Below, piece after piece: positions 15,748-24,245 of a stretch of 40,090 nucleotides of DNA (positions within the stretch are counted from its first letter, which is position 1; the number at the start of each line of letters is the position of its first letter). Made by a program: the position numbers and the translations under genes. Below the pieces are notes generated by a model. The model was not told the DNA's origin, ran no database searches, and saw nothing but the letters and a program-made list of their open reading frames with translations. Source of the stretch: a virus; the IMG/VR virus record IMGVR_UViG_3300048890_000052, positions 1-40,090 of that record; one strand, written 5' to 3'.

Positions 15748-16671
15748 TCAGGCGCACAGGATCAGGCCGGACTTTCCGGCCTGGGTGCGGGTGGCGGCGG
15801 CGGTGGACGCCGCATAATACTGCTTGGAGAAGCGCTTCGTGGGCAGCGGATCGACACTGGCGAAGACCTTCTCCCACCAGCCGATCGCAAGGCCCGAAGC
15901 CTTCCAATAAGGACACTGGCGAAAGCCGCTGCCGTCCAGCGACGCCACCGCGGTGCGCGGCAGCAGCGGATTGCTCAGCTCGATATTGAGGATGCTCCAG
16001 CCCTTATAGGCCACGATCAACCCGCTCTTGGGATCGACCCGGCCGCCCAGCGCCGAGAAGTCGCTCGAGGTGACCTTGACCTCGCGCGCAAGCTGCCGGT
16101 TCTGCTTGGCGCACATGGCGATGAATTTCTGCTCGTCGGGATCATTATACGCCTCGAGCAGCAGCTGGTCGGCGGCGTCGAGCTTCTCGACATTCATGCC
16201 CTGGTTGCCCGACGCGCCGCCCTCGGTCACCGGAACCGTCATGCTGGAGCCGAGCGCGGTGACCGTGGTGCCCTGCTTGCCGCTGATGACCGAGCCATAG
16301 AGCGCGGCGAGACAGACATCGTCCCAGTAGCGATTGATCGCGCCGGCCTGCGACATGATGTAGCCCGAACCGATCTCGATGCTGGTCGCCTTCTGGTCGT
16401 TGCGATCGACCAGGTCCGCGACATAGTCCTCATCCGGCTTCACCAGCCAGAGGGCCTCGTGCGGCGTATTGGTGTACTGGGTATCGCCGTGGCGATCATT
16501 GCCGGTACGGGTCGCGACCGCACCGAAGAAATCCTTGATCTTCGCCTTTTCCGCGCCGTCCGTATTGGCGACCATCGCGAGGCTGGCGACCTTCGACTTG
16601 TTCTGCTGAAGCGTCAGCTCGATATTGTTGAGGAACTTGATCTGTGCTGTGACATTGACCTGATCGGACAT
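15748..16671 (-). CDS. Major capsid protein (307 aa)
   Basis: Portal-scaffold-capsid order as in T7-like phages. ATG 16671 preceded by GGAAGGG. Long structured leader with a promoter-like element upstream. Confidence 0.75.
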   Translation of the reverse strand: MSDQVNVTAQIKFLNNIELTLQQNKSKVASLAMVANTDGAEKAKIKDFFGAVATRTGNDRHGDTQYTNTPHEALWLVKPDEDYVADLVDRNDQKATSIEIGSGYIMSQAGAINRYWDDVCLAALYGSVISGKQGTTVTALGSSMTVPVTEGGASGNQGMNVEKLDAADQLLLEAYNDPDEQKFIAMCAKQNRQLAREVKVTSSDFSALGGRVDPKSGLIVAYKGWSILNIELSNPLLPRTAVASLDGSGFRQCPYWKASGLAIGWWEKVFASVDPLPTKRFSKQYYAASTAAATRTQAGKSGLILCA

Positions 16672-16828
16672 GACGTGCCCTTCCGAAACTTGGTGTTGAA
16701 GCCAGTTTTCGAAGGGCTTGGGGAGCGAGGCTCCGGCCATTCTGTCGATTTACGCCTGCGGTCGGCGCCCCGTCCGGGGTGGGCTCCCGGCCGCCGCCTG
16801 GAAAGGCGAGGGCTTGGGGGAGACGAAG

Positions 16829-16873
16829 GCGGGGGATTTTGTGCCGGATCCCCCGAACCGGCGTGACGCAAAA
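16829..16873 (-). promoter_or_regulatory. Diverged third copy of the intergenic cassette in the capsid leader
   Basis: Minus-strand TTTTGCGTCACGCCGGTTCGGGGGATCCGGCACAAAATCCCCCGCC. It shares TTTG-GTCACGCC and the CCGG..AAAA..CCCCC core with copies A and B. Forms the hairpin CGGGGGAT/ATCCCCCG. Confidence 0.4.
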
Positions 16874-16899
16874 TCTCAGATAACGACTCGCGCTGTCAA
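16872..16899 (-). promoter_or_regulatory. Sigma70-like promoter candidate for the capsid operon
   Basis: Minus-strand TTGACA (16899-16894), a 16-nt spacer, then GAGATT (16877-16872). Located in the 236-nt gap between the scaffold stop and the capsid start. Confidence 0.4.
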
Positions 16900-16907
16900 G
16901 CGGTATT

Positions 16908-17906
16908 TTAGCCGCCGGCCTGCTTGCGCGCCTCCTCCGCGCCGACGATCTCGAGCAGCCGGTTCCAGCGCAGGTTTTCCGGTGATCCCGCCTGCATCAC
17001 CTTGGCGCCCATGTCGGGATCCGCCTTCATCGTGTCGAGCTGGCCGCGCGCCTCGCTCGCCGTGATGCCGAAGCGCCCCGAACCGCCGGTCGACAGCACG
17101 TCCTCGGCGATCCCGGCGCCGATCGTCTGCAGGATCTCGAGCACCCGCGCCGAGCCAGCCTTGTCGGCCGTGCCCAATGCGATCTGCATCGCGCCGACGT
17201 CATCCTTGGACAGGCCGAGCGTCCGCATCGCCGCATTGGCCTCGGCGATCTTCTGGTCCTTGTTCGCGCCCCATTCCGTCAGCTTCGCGTCGCGGCCCTG
17301 ATCCTCCCGCTGCACCCGCTCGAGATGCGCGGCGACCTGGCTCTCGACATAGGCGTTGGCGATCGCCTCGAAACCACCCTTGGGCACACCGGATTTGTGC
17401 GCGATCTCGGCGAGCTTGCCGACCATGTCGCTGTCGAGCTCGAGGCCGCCATTGGTTTCCGGCAGCTTGACCTCATAGCCCTTGACATCGTCAGGCACGC
17501 CGATCGCCTTGTGGAACGATGCCAGTTCTTCATCGCTCGCGCCCTCGCCGGGCACCTTGATCCGGCCACTGTCGCGCAGCCCCTTCTCGGCGTCGCGATA
17601 GGATTTCGTCAACCCGTTGAGATCCTTGACCCCCTTGGATTTCAGCCAGTCACGCAAGGACGCGCTCTCGCCCTCCGGCACGTCGGCCGAGATCTGATCG
17701 TACCAGTCCGGATCCTGCGCGCCTTCACCACCGGCACCAGCAGCTGCAGCCGCAGCTGCAGCGCCCGCGTCACCACCGCCGACGGCAGCGGCGGCCGCCG
17801 CGCCGCCGTCACCGCCCGCGCCTTCAGCACCTGTAGCCGCCGCACCCTCTGCGCCGCCAGCACCACCATCGAGCAACGCCGCCGCCCCGCTATTCCCCAT
17901 ATCCAT
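16908..17906 (-). CDS. Scaffolding protein candidate (332 aa)
   Basis: Lies between portal and capsid. Ala/Gly-rich disordered N-terminus and helical acidic remainder. ATG 17906 is 7 nt after GGAG. Confidence 0.6.
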   Translation of the reverse strand: MDMGNSGAAALLDGGAGGAEGAAATGAEGAGGDGGAAAAAAVGGGDAGAAAAAAAAGAGGEGAQDPDWYDQISADVPEGESASLRDWLKSKGVKDLNGLTKSYRDAEKGLRDSGRIKVPGEGASDEELASFHKAIGVPDDVKGYEVKLPETNGGLELDSDMVGKLAEIAHKSGVPKGGFEAIANAYVESQVAAHLERVQREDQGRDAKLTEWGANKDQKIAEANAAMRTLGLSKDDVGAMQIALGTADKAGSARVLEILQTIGAGIAEDVLSTGGSGRFGITASEARGQLDTMKADPDMGAKVMQAGSPENLRWNRLLEIVGAEEARKQAGG

Positions 17907-18177
17907 CGTCAATCTCCATCATCTTTTGGACGGCATCTTCGTCCAGGTTGAGAAAATCCTTGATCCGCAGGAACACCTCGCGCCTGCCCTCGCGCCGGGC
18001 CATGACCTGCGGATCCCGGTCGAACGTGCTTTTGCCGGCGAAGCAAAACTCGCGCAGATCGGCGAGCACCGCCTCGCCCGATCGCCCGATCTCGCCATGG
18101 CTGGTGAAAATATCCTTGAACGCCCGCGCCTGCAGGATCGCGCGCCAGCGCAAAGGATTGAGCTCGGGCGAACTCAT
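17890..18177 (-). CDS. Hypothetical protein (95 aa) downstream of portal
   Basis: ATGA overlap with the portal stop. No motif recognised. Confidence 0.55.
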   Translation of the reverse strand: MSSPELNPLRWRAILQARAFKDIFTSHGEIGRSGEAVLADLREFCFAGKSTFDRDPQVMARREGRREVFLRIKDFLNLDEDAVQKMMEIDDGYGE

Positions 18178-19820
18178 GCGGCATCCTGCGCGATCGCGCC
18201 CGCCCTGGTCAGGTCGAGCGTCGCGCCGGCGGCCTGCTCGAGACCGGCCAGTGTCGCCGAGGCGGCCTTCTCCTGCGCGCGCTGGGCCCGGCGGGCGGCG
18301 ATCTCATCGGCCGTCCTGGTCCATGTTTTGCGCACGCCCAGCGCGTCGGCCAGGCCGGGCCCCGCTTCCTCGAGGTTGATCACGTCGCCGATGATATCGG
18401 GATCTGTCTGCGCGAACGGCGCCAGCACCTCGACCAGGCGCGACATGCCCGCCGCTTCCTGCGCCCGCGCCATCCGCCGCAGCGGATTGTCATATTCGAT
18501 CTGGGGATGCGCGCCCGCCTCCTGCACGACGGGCGGCGGCGGCTCGATCTGCCCCGAGCGCAGCGCCTCCTCAAATTCGCGCTGGGTGATCGGGTTCTGT
18601 TTCTCGCCCTGGTAGCGGCTCGCATAGGGTGCGACGATCACGCCCTGCTTGCCGGCGATCTCAAGCACCGCCGTCGCCGAACGCTGCACCGCATCGTCGG
18701 TCAGCAGCTTGAAATAGGATCCGAGGAACCCGTCATCGATGATCGCGCGCTCGCTCTCGAGCAGTTCGACCCCGACGGGCAGATTGCCATCGCCGGGCAT
18801 GGCATGGACAAGCGGGCGCCCATCCTCGTTGACCATGCCCGGGTTAGCGCCGCCGGGCTTGGTAACGAGCCGGGTGACCCCGTCGTCGCTGTAGAACAGC
18901 AGCGCCGGATCGACCGCCTTGTGGCCGGCGCGAATGATCGTCTGCGCCTGGGCATTGGCCAGGTTGATATTGGGCAGGACGTCCATCGCGGGCGATCGCC
19001 CATATTTCTCGCCGGGACTGGTCACATGGCGCGAGACCGTGATCGGCATGGTGAAATAACCACCACGCCGCAGCATCATCTTTTCATCTGGCGCGATGTA
19101 AAGCGAGGACACCGGCTTGCCGCGATAGTCGAGACGCGCAGTATCCATTTCATCATTGGGCCGGACCGTATGAACAATCTCGAATTCTTCATTGGGCTTG
19201 TCGCGCTGCAGAGCATCGAGCATCTTGGGCGTCAGGTTTTGCTCGCCGAACTGCTGCTTGAGCTGTCGGGCCGTGCGCTTGAGGCAGCGCCTGGCCGTGT
19301 CGACCATCCCGACATAGTCCACATCGATGTAGGTTTCGGCGAGCGGGATCGCCTTGTAGAACAGGCCGACACCGGGCTTGACGTCCGTCCAGAACGGCGA
19401 CGTGCCATAGCTGCCGAGCTGGCGAAAATCCTCATGCGCGGCCACGCCGAACATGGCGTGCGCGCGATAGCGCATGGCGTAGAGCCGATCGCCGGCATAT
19501 TCGCACCAGCGCCGCACCTCCGGCAACTTGTCGAGATCCTTGTCGGCGAACTTGACCTCGATGTACTGACGCGCCTCGGGCACGGTGATATCGCTCATCG
19601 CCGCGGAAAAGCGGTTGAGGCCGCGCGATGCCGAGCTGTCGAAATTGCGCTGGCCGCGCCGGGCGCCGGGCGTTGTCGGGTTGAAACCGGTCAGGCCCAG
19701 CCGCCCCTCGATCTCGCGCCACTGATCCTCATAGGGCGAGCGCTCGCCCTTCATGCGCTCGAGCTCGGCGATCTCGCGCTTGACCAGCCCTTCATCCTGC
19801 AGCTTGTCGTCCATCTTCAA
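18174..19820 (-). CDS. Portal protein (T7 gp8-like head-to-tail connector), 548 aa
   Basis: Size, position, and an N-terminal region (ERSPYEDQWREI..NFDSSASRGLNRFSAAM) resembling the podovirus head-to-tail connector family. Confidence 0.8.
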   Translation of the reverse strand: MKMDDKLQDEGLVKREIAELERMKGERSPYEDQWREIEGRLGLTGFNPTTPGARRGQRNFDSSASRGLNRFSAAMSDITVPEARQYIEVKFADKDLDKLPEVRRWCEYAGDRLYAMRYRAHAMFGVAAHEDFRQLGSYGTSPFWTDVKPGVGLFYKAIPLAETYIDVDYVGMVDTARRCLKRTARQLKQQFGEQNLTPKMLDALQRDKPNEEFEIVHTVRPNDEMDTARLDYRGKPVSSLYIAPDEKMMLRRGGYFTMPITVSRHVTSPGEKYGRSPAMDVLPNINLANAQAQTIIRAGHKAVDPALLFYSDDGVTRLVTKPGGANPGMVNEDGRPLVHAMPGDGNLPVGVELLESERAIIDDGFLGSYFKLLTDDAVQRSATAVLEIAGKQGVIVAPYASRYQGEKQNPITQREFEEALRSGQIEPPPPVVQEAGAHPQIEYDNPLRRMARAQEAAGMSRLVEVLAPFAQTDPDIIGDVINLEEAGPGLADALGVRKTWTRTADEIAARRAQRAQEKAASATLAGLEQAAGATLDLTRAGAIAQDAA

Positions 19821-19877
19821 CCTTCCTTCGTTCCGGGCGATAGGGAGGGGCGGCCCGCCGAAAGCCGCCCCCGACCG

Positions 19878-20471
19878 TCAAAAAATGATATCGTCCGCGA
19901 TATTCATCTGGGCGCCGGCGCCGATGGTCAGCTGGCCATTGACGCGCCGGGCATGGATCTCCGGCTTGCCGTCGATCACCAGGCCGAACCCATCCACCGT
20001 ATAGGCGGCATGCCCGGCCCCGGGGCCATGGACCAGCACGGGCACGGTCAGCAGCAGACCCTGCGACCGCACCGACCAGGCATCGCCCTGGACGCGCACG
20101 GGCGGGATCCCGAGCACTTCCTTGCCGCCGTCGCAGAACACCACCTCGACCGTCTCCGCCTCGCCGAGGAACGCCTTCAATTCCTCCAATTCCTCGGCCG
20201 ACAACCGATGGACCGGCTCGGTCGGTTTGAACACGCGCGCCTTGGGCCCCTGCACCCCCTTGCTCGCCTTGGCGGCATTCTTGGCCTTCTCGGTCGCTGC
20301 GTTCGCCTTGGCCAGCGCGGCGGAAAGATCATCCCTCTCCTGCTTCAGATCGCGCAGCTCATCATTGGCGGCCGCAAGCGCCGCCTCGGTTTCGGCGAGC
20401 CGCTCCATAGTATCTGGACCGGCCTGCTCATCAATAACTCCGTGTTCGTCCGTCATCATCATTCCTTTCAA
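19878..20471 (-). CDS. Hypothetical coiled-coil protein (197 aa)
   Basis: ORF between terL and portal, coupled to the upstream 83-aa gene. The N-terminal half is a helical A/E/K-rich coiled coil. Confidence 0.55.
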   Translation of the reverse strand: MKGMMMTDEHGVIDEQAGPDTMERLAETEAALAAANDELRDLKQERDDLSAALAKANAATEKAKNAAKASKGVQGPKARVFKPTEPVHRLSAEELEELKAFLGEAETVEVVFCDGGKEVLGIPPVRVQGDAWSVRSQGLLLTVPVLVHGPGAGHAAYTVDGFGLVIDGKPEIHARRVNGQLTIGAGAQMNIADDIIF

Positions 20472-20719
20472 CTGCCGAGGGTGAGTTTTGCACCGGGTGC
20501 GGCGGCCTCGGCGCCCTTGACCCCGCCCAGAATGTCCGCCGCGCCGCCCTTGCGCCGCAGCAGCTCATCGTTCGCCATCGCTTGCGCCTTGGCATCGTCG
20601 CGCGTCGCCGACGGCAGCGGCTGAATTGGCGCAGCCGCTTTCTTCCCGCCGAAAATCGACGTCGCCAGCCCCAGAACGCCGCCCGTGAGCGCACCCAAAA
20701 CCTTGTCGACCATGGTCAT
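20468..20719 (-). CDS. Hypothetical small protein (83 aa)
   Basis: ATGA overlap with the terL stop. Gly-rich hydrophobic N-terminus (VLGALTGGVLGLATSIFGG). Confidence 0.5.
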   Translation of the reverse strand: MTMVDKVLGALTGGVLGLATSIFGGKKAAAPIQPLPSATRDDAKAQAMANDELLRRKGGAADILGGVKGAEAAAPGAKLTLGS

Positions 20720-22275
20720 CCTCCATTGAAACGAAACTCGTCATAATCGCCGTCGACCGTGGCGGCCGCGCCGCCGCCGCGCGGCTGCCCGCGAATGTCG
20801 GAAATCACATGCTCGCCCTCGAGCGCCGCATATTGCTCGGCGTCGGCGACATGGGTGTAGATCGTGTCGGCGATCTCGAGATTGCCGCGCAGCTCGCCCG
20901 TGCTCATTTCCTGTTTCTGGTAGCGATAGCCACCCGAATGAGCCTTGATCAGGTGCTTGCAGCCGGGGTCGACATAGTATCCGTCCTGCTTGCCCATCGC
21001 CTTCCAGATCGCCTCGTTGCGCAGCCCCGCAGCGTTGCTTTTCGCCTTGAAGATCTTGCCCATGCCGATCGCCGCCTGGACCGCCAACACCCAGTCGCGG
21101 CCATCATTCGGCCGATCCTCGGCGGCGAAGGCGGCGGGATCACAGACCAATTTGACCTGGTCGCGCTGGATCCCCGGAAAGCGCTCGAGCAGCGCCTGTT
21201 TCACCCGCCGGCCGAACCCTTCCGCGCTGATCTTGACCAGCGCCTTGCCGCCGGTGGCCAGGCTCACCACCTCGCCGAGCGTACGAATATCGCCCTGGGC
21301 GTCGCGCTGCAGGAAGACGGCGGCGGCGCTGTAGCCCTGGTCGATGCCGACGATCAACTTGCGCCGCTTGTCCCAGCGCTCCTCGCGAACGTGGCGGGTA
21401 TAGACGAATTCATCATTGACCGGCTGCCCGTGCATCAGCGGCACCGGCTTGTTGTGTACCATGCGGTCGACATAGTTTTTCTTGTGCCGGTTCGCCGCGA
21501 TCTGCAGCACGTAATAGCCCCGGCCATTGTGCAGATTATGGAGGTTTTCCGCGTCCGGCTCCATCCCGCCGGGCTGCACGAACGTCTCGATCAGCTCGCG
21601 CCCGCCGAGCGCTTCCTTGAGCTGGCCCGTGTCCGCGTCCGAGAGCTCGCCGAGCTGCTTGTCGAATGCGAGCTGGTAGGCATGATTGTCGATATCCGGC
21701 ATGTTCATCGACACGATGATCTGCGGATCGACGACATTGCTCGGGTCGAGATCGGAGAAACGCCCGACGCGGCCCGTCAGGAATGGCACCAGGTCGGCGG
21801 GCTGCAGATCCGCCTCATCGATCATCACCGCGTTGATTTCCCAGCCGCGGCAGGCTTCCTCGACCGTCTGCTGGCCGATGCCCCGGAACTCATATTCCAT
21901 CTCGAGGATCTCGGTCGGCTTGCCAGTCTCCGGATCGCGCTTCAGCACCTTGGCGAACTGGTGCGTGTAGGGCGGCGACCAGTTGAAGCCCTTGTCCTCG
22001 GGCACGATGTTGAACCAGCTCTTGAGCGTCGTCGACTTGAGCGACGGATAGCTTTCGCGGATGACGCCGATGCGGGCCTTGCGCCGCCAGATCCCGCGCG
22101 CATCCTGCACCCGGCCTTGTTTCGCGCCGACCATGAGCCCCGTTTGCAACGCCGCCATCGTCTTGCCCGACCCCACCGGCCCGATAATGACCTTGATGAA
22201 CGCCCGCGACCGCAGAAACGCATCCGCCACCGGCCCCGGCGAGCGCAACAGGCGAGGCTTGGCGGGCGCGTTCAT
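20716..22275 (-). CDS. terL: Terminase large subunit
   Basis: Walker A IIGPVGSGKT, Walker B AVMIDEAD, C-terminal nuclease-sized domain. Preceded by a coupled small-subunit gene. Confidence 0.9.
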   Translation of the reverse strand: MNAPAKPRLLRSPGPVADAFLRSRAFIKVIIGPVGSGKTMAALQTGLMVGAKQGRVQDARGIWRRKARIGVIRESYPSLKSTTLKSWFNIVPEDKGFNWSPPYTHQFAKVLKRDPETGKPTEILEMEYEFRGIGQQTVEEACRGWEINAVMIDEADLQPADLVPFLTGRVGRFSDLDPSNVVDPQIIVSMNMPDIDNHAYQLAFDKQLGELSDADTGQLKEALGGRELIETFVQPGGMEPDAENLHNLHNGRGYYVLQIAANRHKKNYVDRMVHNKPVPLMHGQPVNDEFVYTRHVREERWDKRRKLIVGIDQGYSAAAVFLQRDAQGDIRTLGEVVSLATGGKALVKISAEGFGRRVKQALLERFPGIQRDQVKLVCDPAAFAAEDRPNDGRDWVLAVQAAIGMGKIFKAKSNAAGLRNEAIWKAMGKQDGYYVDPGCKHLIKAHSGGYRYQKQEMSTGELRGNLEIADTIYTHVADAEQYAALEGEHVISDIRGQPRGGGAAATVDGDYDEFRFNGG

Positions 22276-22943
22276 GCGGCCTCCTCCTCATCATCGACCG
22301 AAGTGAAATCCGCATCGAGCACGTCCTGGACCTCGGCATCGCTGTGCGTGACGCCGGCGATAATGAGATCCGAGAGCCCCGAAAAATTCATGTCGACCGC
22401 CACCGGCCGCTTGCTCTCGATGTAGGGCAGCAACCCCTCGGCGCAGCGGATCCTGAGCGACTGCGCCGCCTCATAGGTGAGCGTCTCCTCGACCACCTCG
22501 ACGACCTTGTCGGCGCGATCCTTGCCGCCCTTCAGGATCTTCATCACCGTGCGGCGGCTGTTCTCGATCAGGACTTCGGGCGCCGTGCTCTGGATCTGCA
22601 TCATCGTGATCGCCGGATGCTGGCCGTACTGGCCCAGATACCGCGCGAAATCATCCGTCCGCTTGTTGCGCGATCCCTTGGGCCGGCCACGCTTCACCTC
22701 GCGCGCCTGGCGCAGCACCGACAGCCGCCCGGCATGGGGCCCCAGCCGTTCGCGGGCTTCGACCATGTCCTCGGGCGTGACGTCCTCGAGCAGGTCGAGC
22801 TGCTCTTCCTCGCGCTGCGCCGTCTCGACAAGCGCCTTGGCGCCGTCCAGCGCGTCGGTGATAACCTTGTCCTGGCCGGTCTTAGTTGACATGGACCCGG
22901 ACCCCGCTAGTCTCGCCCGATCGACACAGCCCCCAACCGGCAT
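22272..22943 (-). CDS. terS: Terminase small subunit candidate (223 aa; alternative start 22892)
   Basis: ATGA-coupled directly to terL. Contains a basic KRGRPKGSRNKR DNA-binding-like stretch. ATG 22943 is preceded by CTGGGGGTCTG, the same SD context as cassettes A and B. Confidence 0.6.
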   Translation of the reverse strand: MPVGGCVDRARLAGSGSMSTKTGQDKVITDALDGAKALVETAQREEEQLDLLEDVTPEDMVEARERLGPHAGRLSVLRQAREVKRGRPKGSRNKRTDDFARYLGQYGQHPAITMMQIQSTAPEVLIENSRRTVMKILKGGKDRADKVVEVVEETLTYEAAQSLRIRCAEGLLPYIESKRPVAVDMNFSGLSDLIIAGVTHSDAEVQDVLDADFTSVDDEEEAA

Positions 22944-23246
22944 CAGACCCCCAGCCCCGAGCTCGCATGCGAGCGGAGCGGGAAAGCCGCTCCCCCGACC
23001 CCGTCTGCAGCCTCAAAATTCCGGGCGCCTCCGCACCCTTGGCTGGACAGTCATCGTTGATGGCGATCCAAATTGGGAAAATCGCGTGCGCCAAGGGGCG
23101 GGGGAAGGGGCGCGGCGCGGATGGGGGCCCGCCCCCCCCTGCCGGCCGATCGATGCCCCCCATGCCCTGCCCAGGCCGACCGGTCAGCCCGCATAGCTGA
23201 CGCCGCGCTGCAAGAAATGGCTGTTTCCTGCGGCTCTCAGAGGATC

Positions 23247-23268
23247 GTTCCAACGAGACTGTTCCAAC
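23247..23268 (+). repeat. Two direct GTTCCAAC motifs (same motif as the attP arms)
   Basis: GTTCCAAC at 23247-23254 and 23261-23268. The same 8-mer or its complement occurs five more times at 38221-38414. Confidence 0.6.
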
Positions 23269-23539
23269 GGCCACCCGCGACCCATGCGAAACCCGCACAA
23301 ATCCGCCATTCCCGCTGCACCAGGCCGAGCCGATCTCGATCGACCTCGAGCAACTGCCCAGGCCGAACCCCTGCGACCCGCCGCGCCCCCGAAGCCCGAA
23401 AGTTTTGGCACCGCGCCCCTCTGCTCGCCCCCTCATCGGGCATGATCGAGCCTGCGGATCGGCATCGCGCCAATATCCGCCGCCTATTTTATTCGGAAAC
23501 GGCGGATTTCTACGGCTTTGCGACCGGTGCGCCATGGAC

Positions 23540-23785
23540 GGTTGCAGCTGCAACCGACTTGCAACCGTTCTGCAACCACTAACCTCTTGATTTACATAAG
23601 ATATCTGATGCGGTTGCAAGGTTGCAAAGATTAGCCTCGCGCTATGCGCATGCGTGTAGGCGTACACGCGCATGTGCGCATGACGCGAGGCTCCAAGCTG
23701 CAACCGTGCAACCACTGCGATAAGCTGTTGATTTGGAAGGGTTTCCCGGTTGCAAAACGGTTGCAAGTCGGTTGCAGCTGCAACC
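23540..23785. repeat. Dyad-symmetric iteron array (12 x GGTTGCA(A/G)), candidate replication origin or protein-binding hub
   Basis: Octamers at 23540, 23548, 23559, 23570, 23612, 23620, 23698, 23706, 23748, 23759, 23770 and 23778. The 16-bp perfect palindrome GGTTGCAGCTGCAACC occurs twice. The symmetry centre at 23662/23663 carries a nested hairpin. Confidence 0.75.
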
Positions 23786-24050
23786 ACTCCCCCGGACCCG
23801 GATCGCACCAGACATTGGCGATCCATCTTTCCTGCCATCAAACGGGCCGGGGTGCAACGACAAGCGACAAGGCCGCACCACACCAACGGGCCAGGGTATT
23901 TATCCGCACCGAGGGAGGAGGATGCAGAGCACCCGCGCACCGCGTCCCTACGGGCCGCTGCGGGTGCGATTTTCGCTCTTGACATGGCGCTTTTCTGCGG
24001 GGCTGCGACCGCGAAAATCTTTTTCTCAAGAGGGATTGACATGTGCGTAA

Positions 24051-24245
24051 TCATTTCTTTTCACCATCCCCCATCGCGTCGAAGAGGGCGGCGATGAGCG
24101 CGTCAAAACCGGCGTTCACTGCACGAACAAGAAAGCTCTCATGTGGCAGCAAAAAGCTGCGCGCTTCTTCGGCCGCCGCATCTACAGCACCGCGCACCGA
24201 TGTCTCGACCTTGGCCCGAAGCATCTCCTGCTCCTCGCGCGTCAT
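24051..24245 (-). CDS. Hypothetical protein (64 aa), last gene of the replication operon
   Basis: ATGA overlap with the helicase stop. Helical, acidic. Confidence 0.5.
   Translation of the reverse strand: MTREEQEMLRAKVETSVRGAVDAAAEEARSFLLPHESFLVRAVNAGFDALIAALFDAMGDGEKK

Noticed and set aside
19847-19871. GC-rich hairpin GGGGCGGC..GCCGCCCC between the 197-aa gene and portal as an intrinsic terminator
   Set aside because: On the transcribed (minus) strand the T-run precedes rather than follows the stem, and on the plus strand no T-run follows. It may be a stabilising or processing structure but does not fit a Rho-independent terminator.
23095-23127. G-quadruplex-forming tract (four G4-5 runs)
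   Set aside because: G-runs are common in DNA this GC-rich, and one loop would be 12 nt. There is no independent support, so it is mentioned only as part of the gene-desert description.
22882-24054. 390-aa minus-strand ORF spanning the whole gene desert
   Set aside because: Its composition is R/G/S/C-rich and it lacks any motif. It runs straight through the 246-bp palindrome, so the plus-strand ORFs encode the same peptide. It has no RBS or coupling to neighbours. It is treated as a high-GC artefact.
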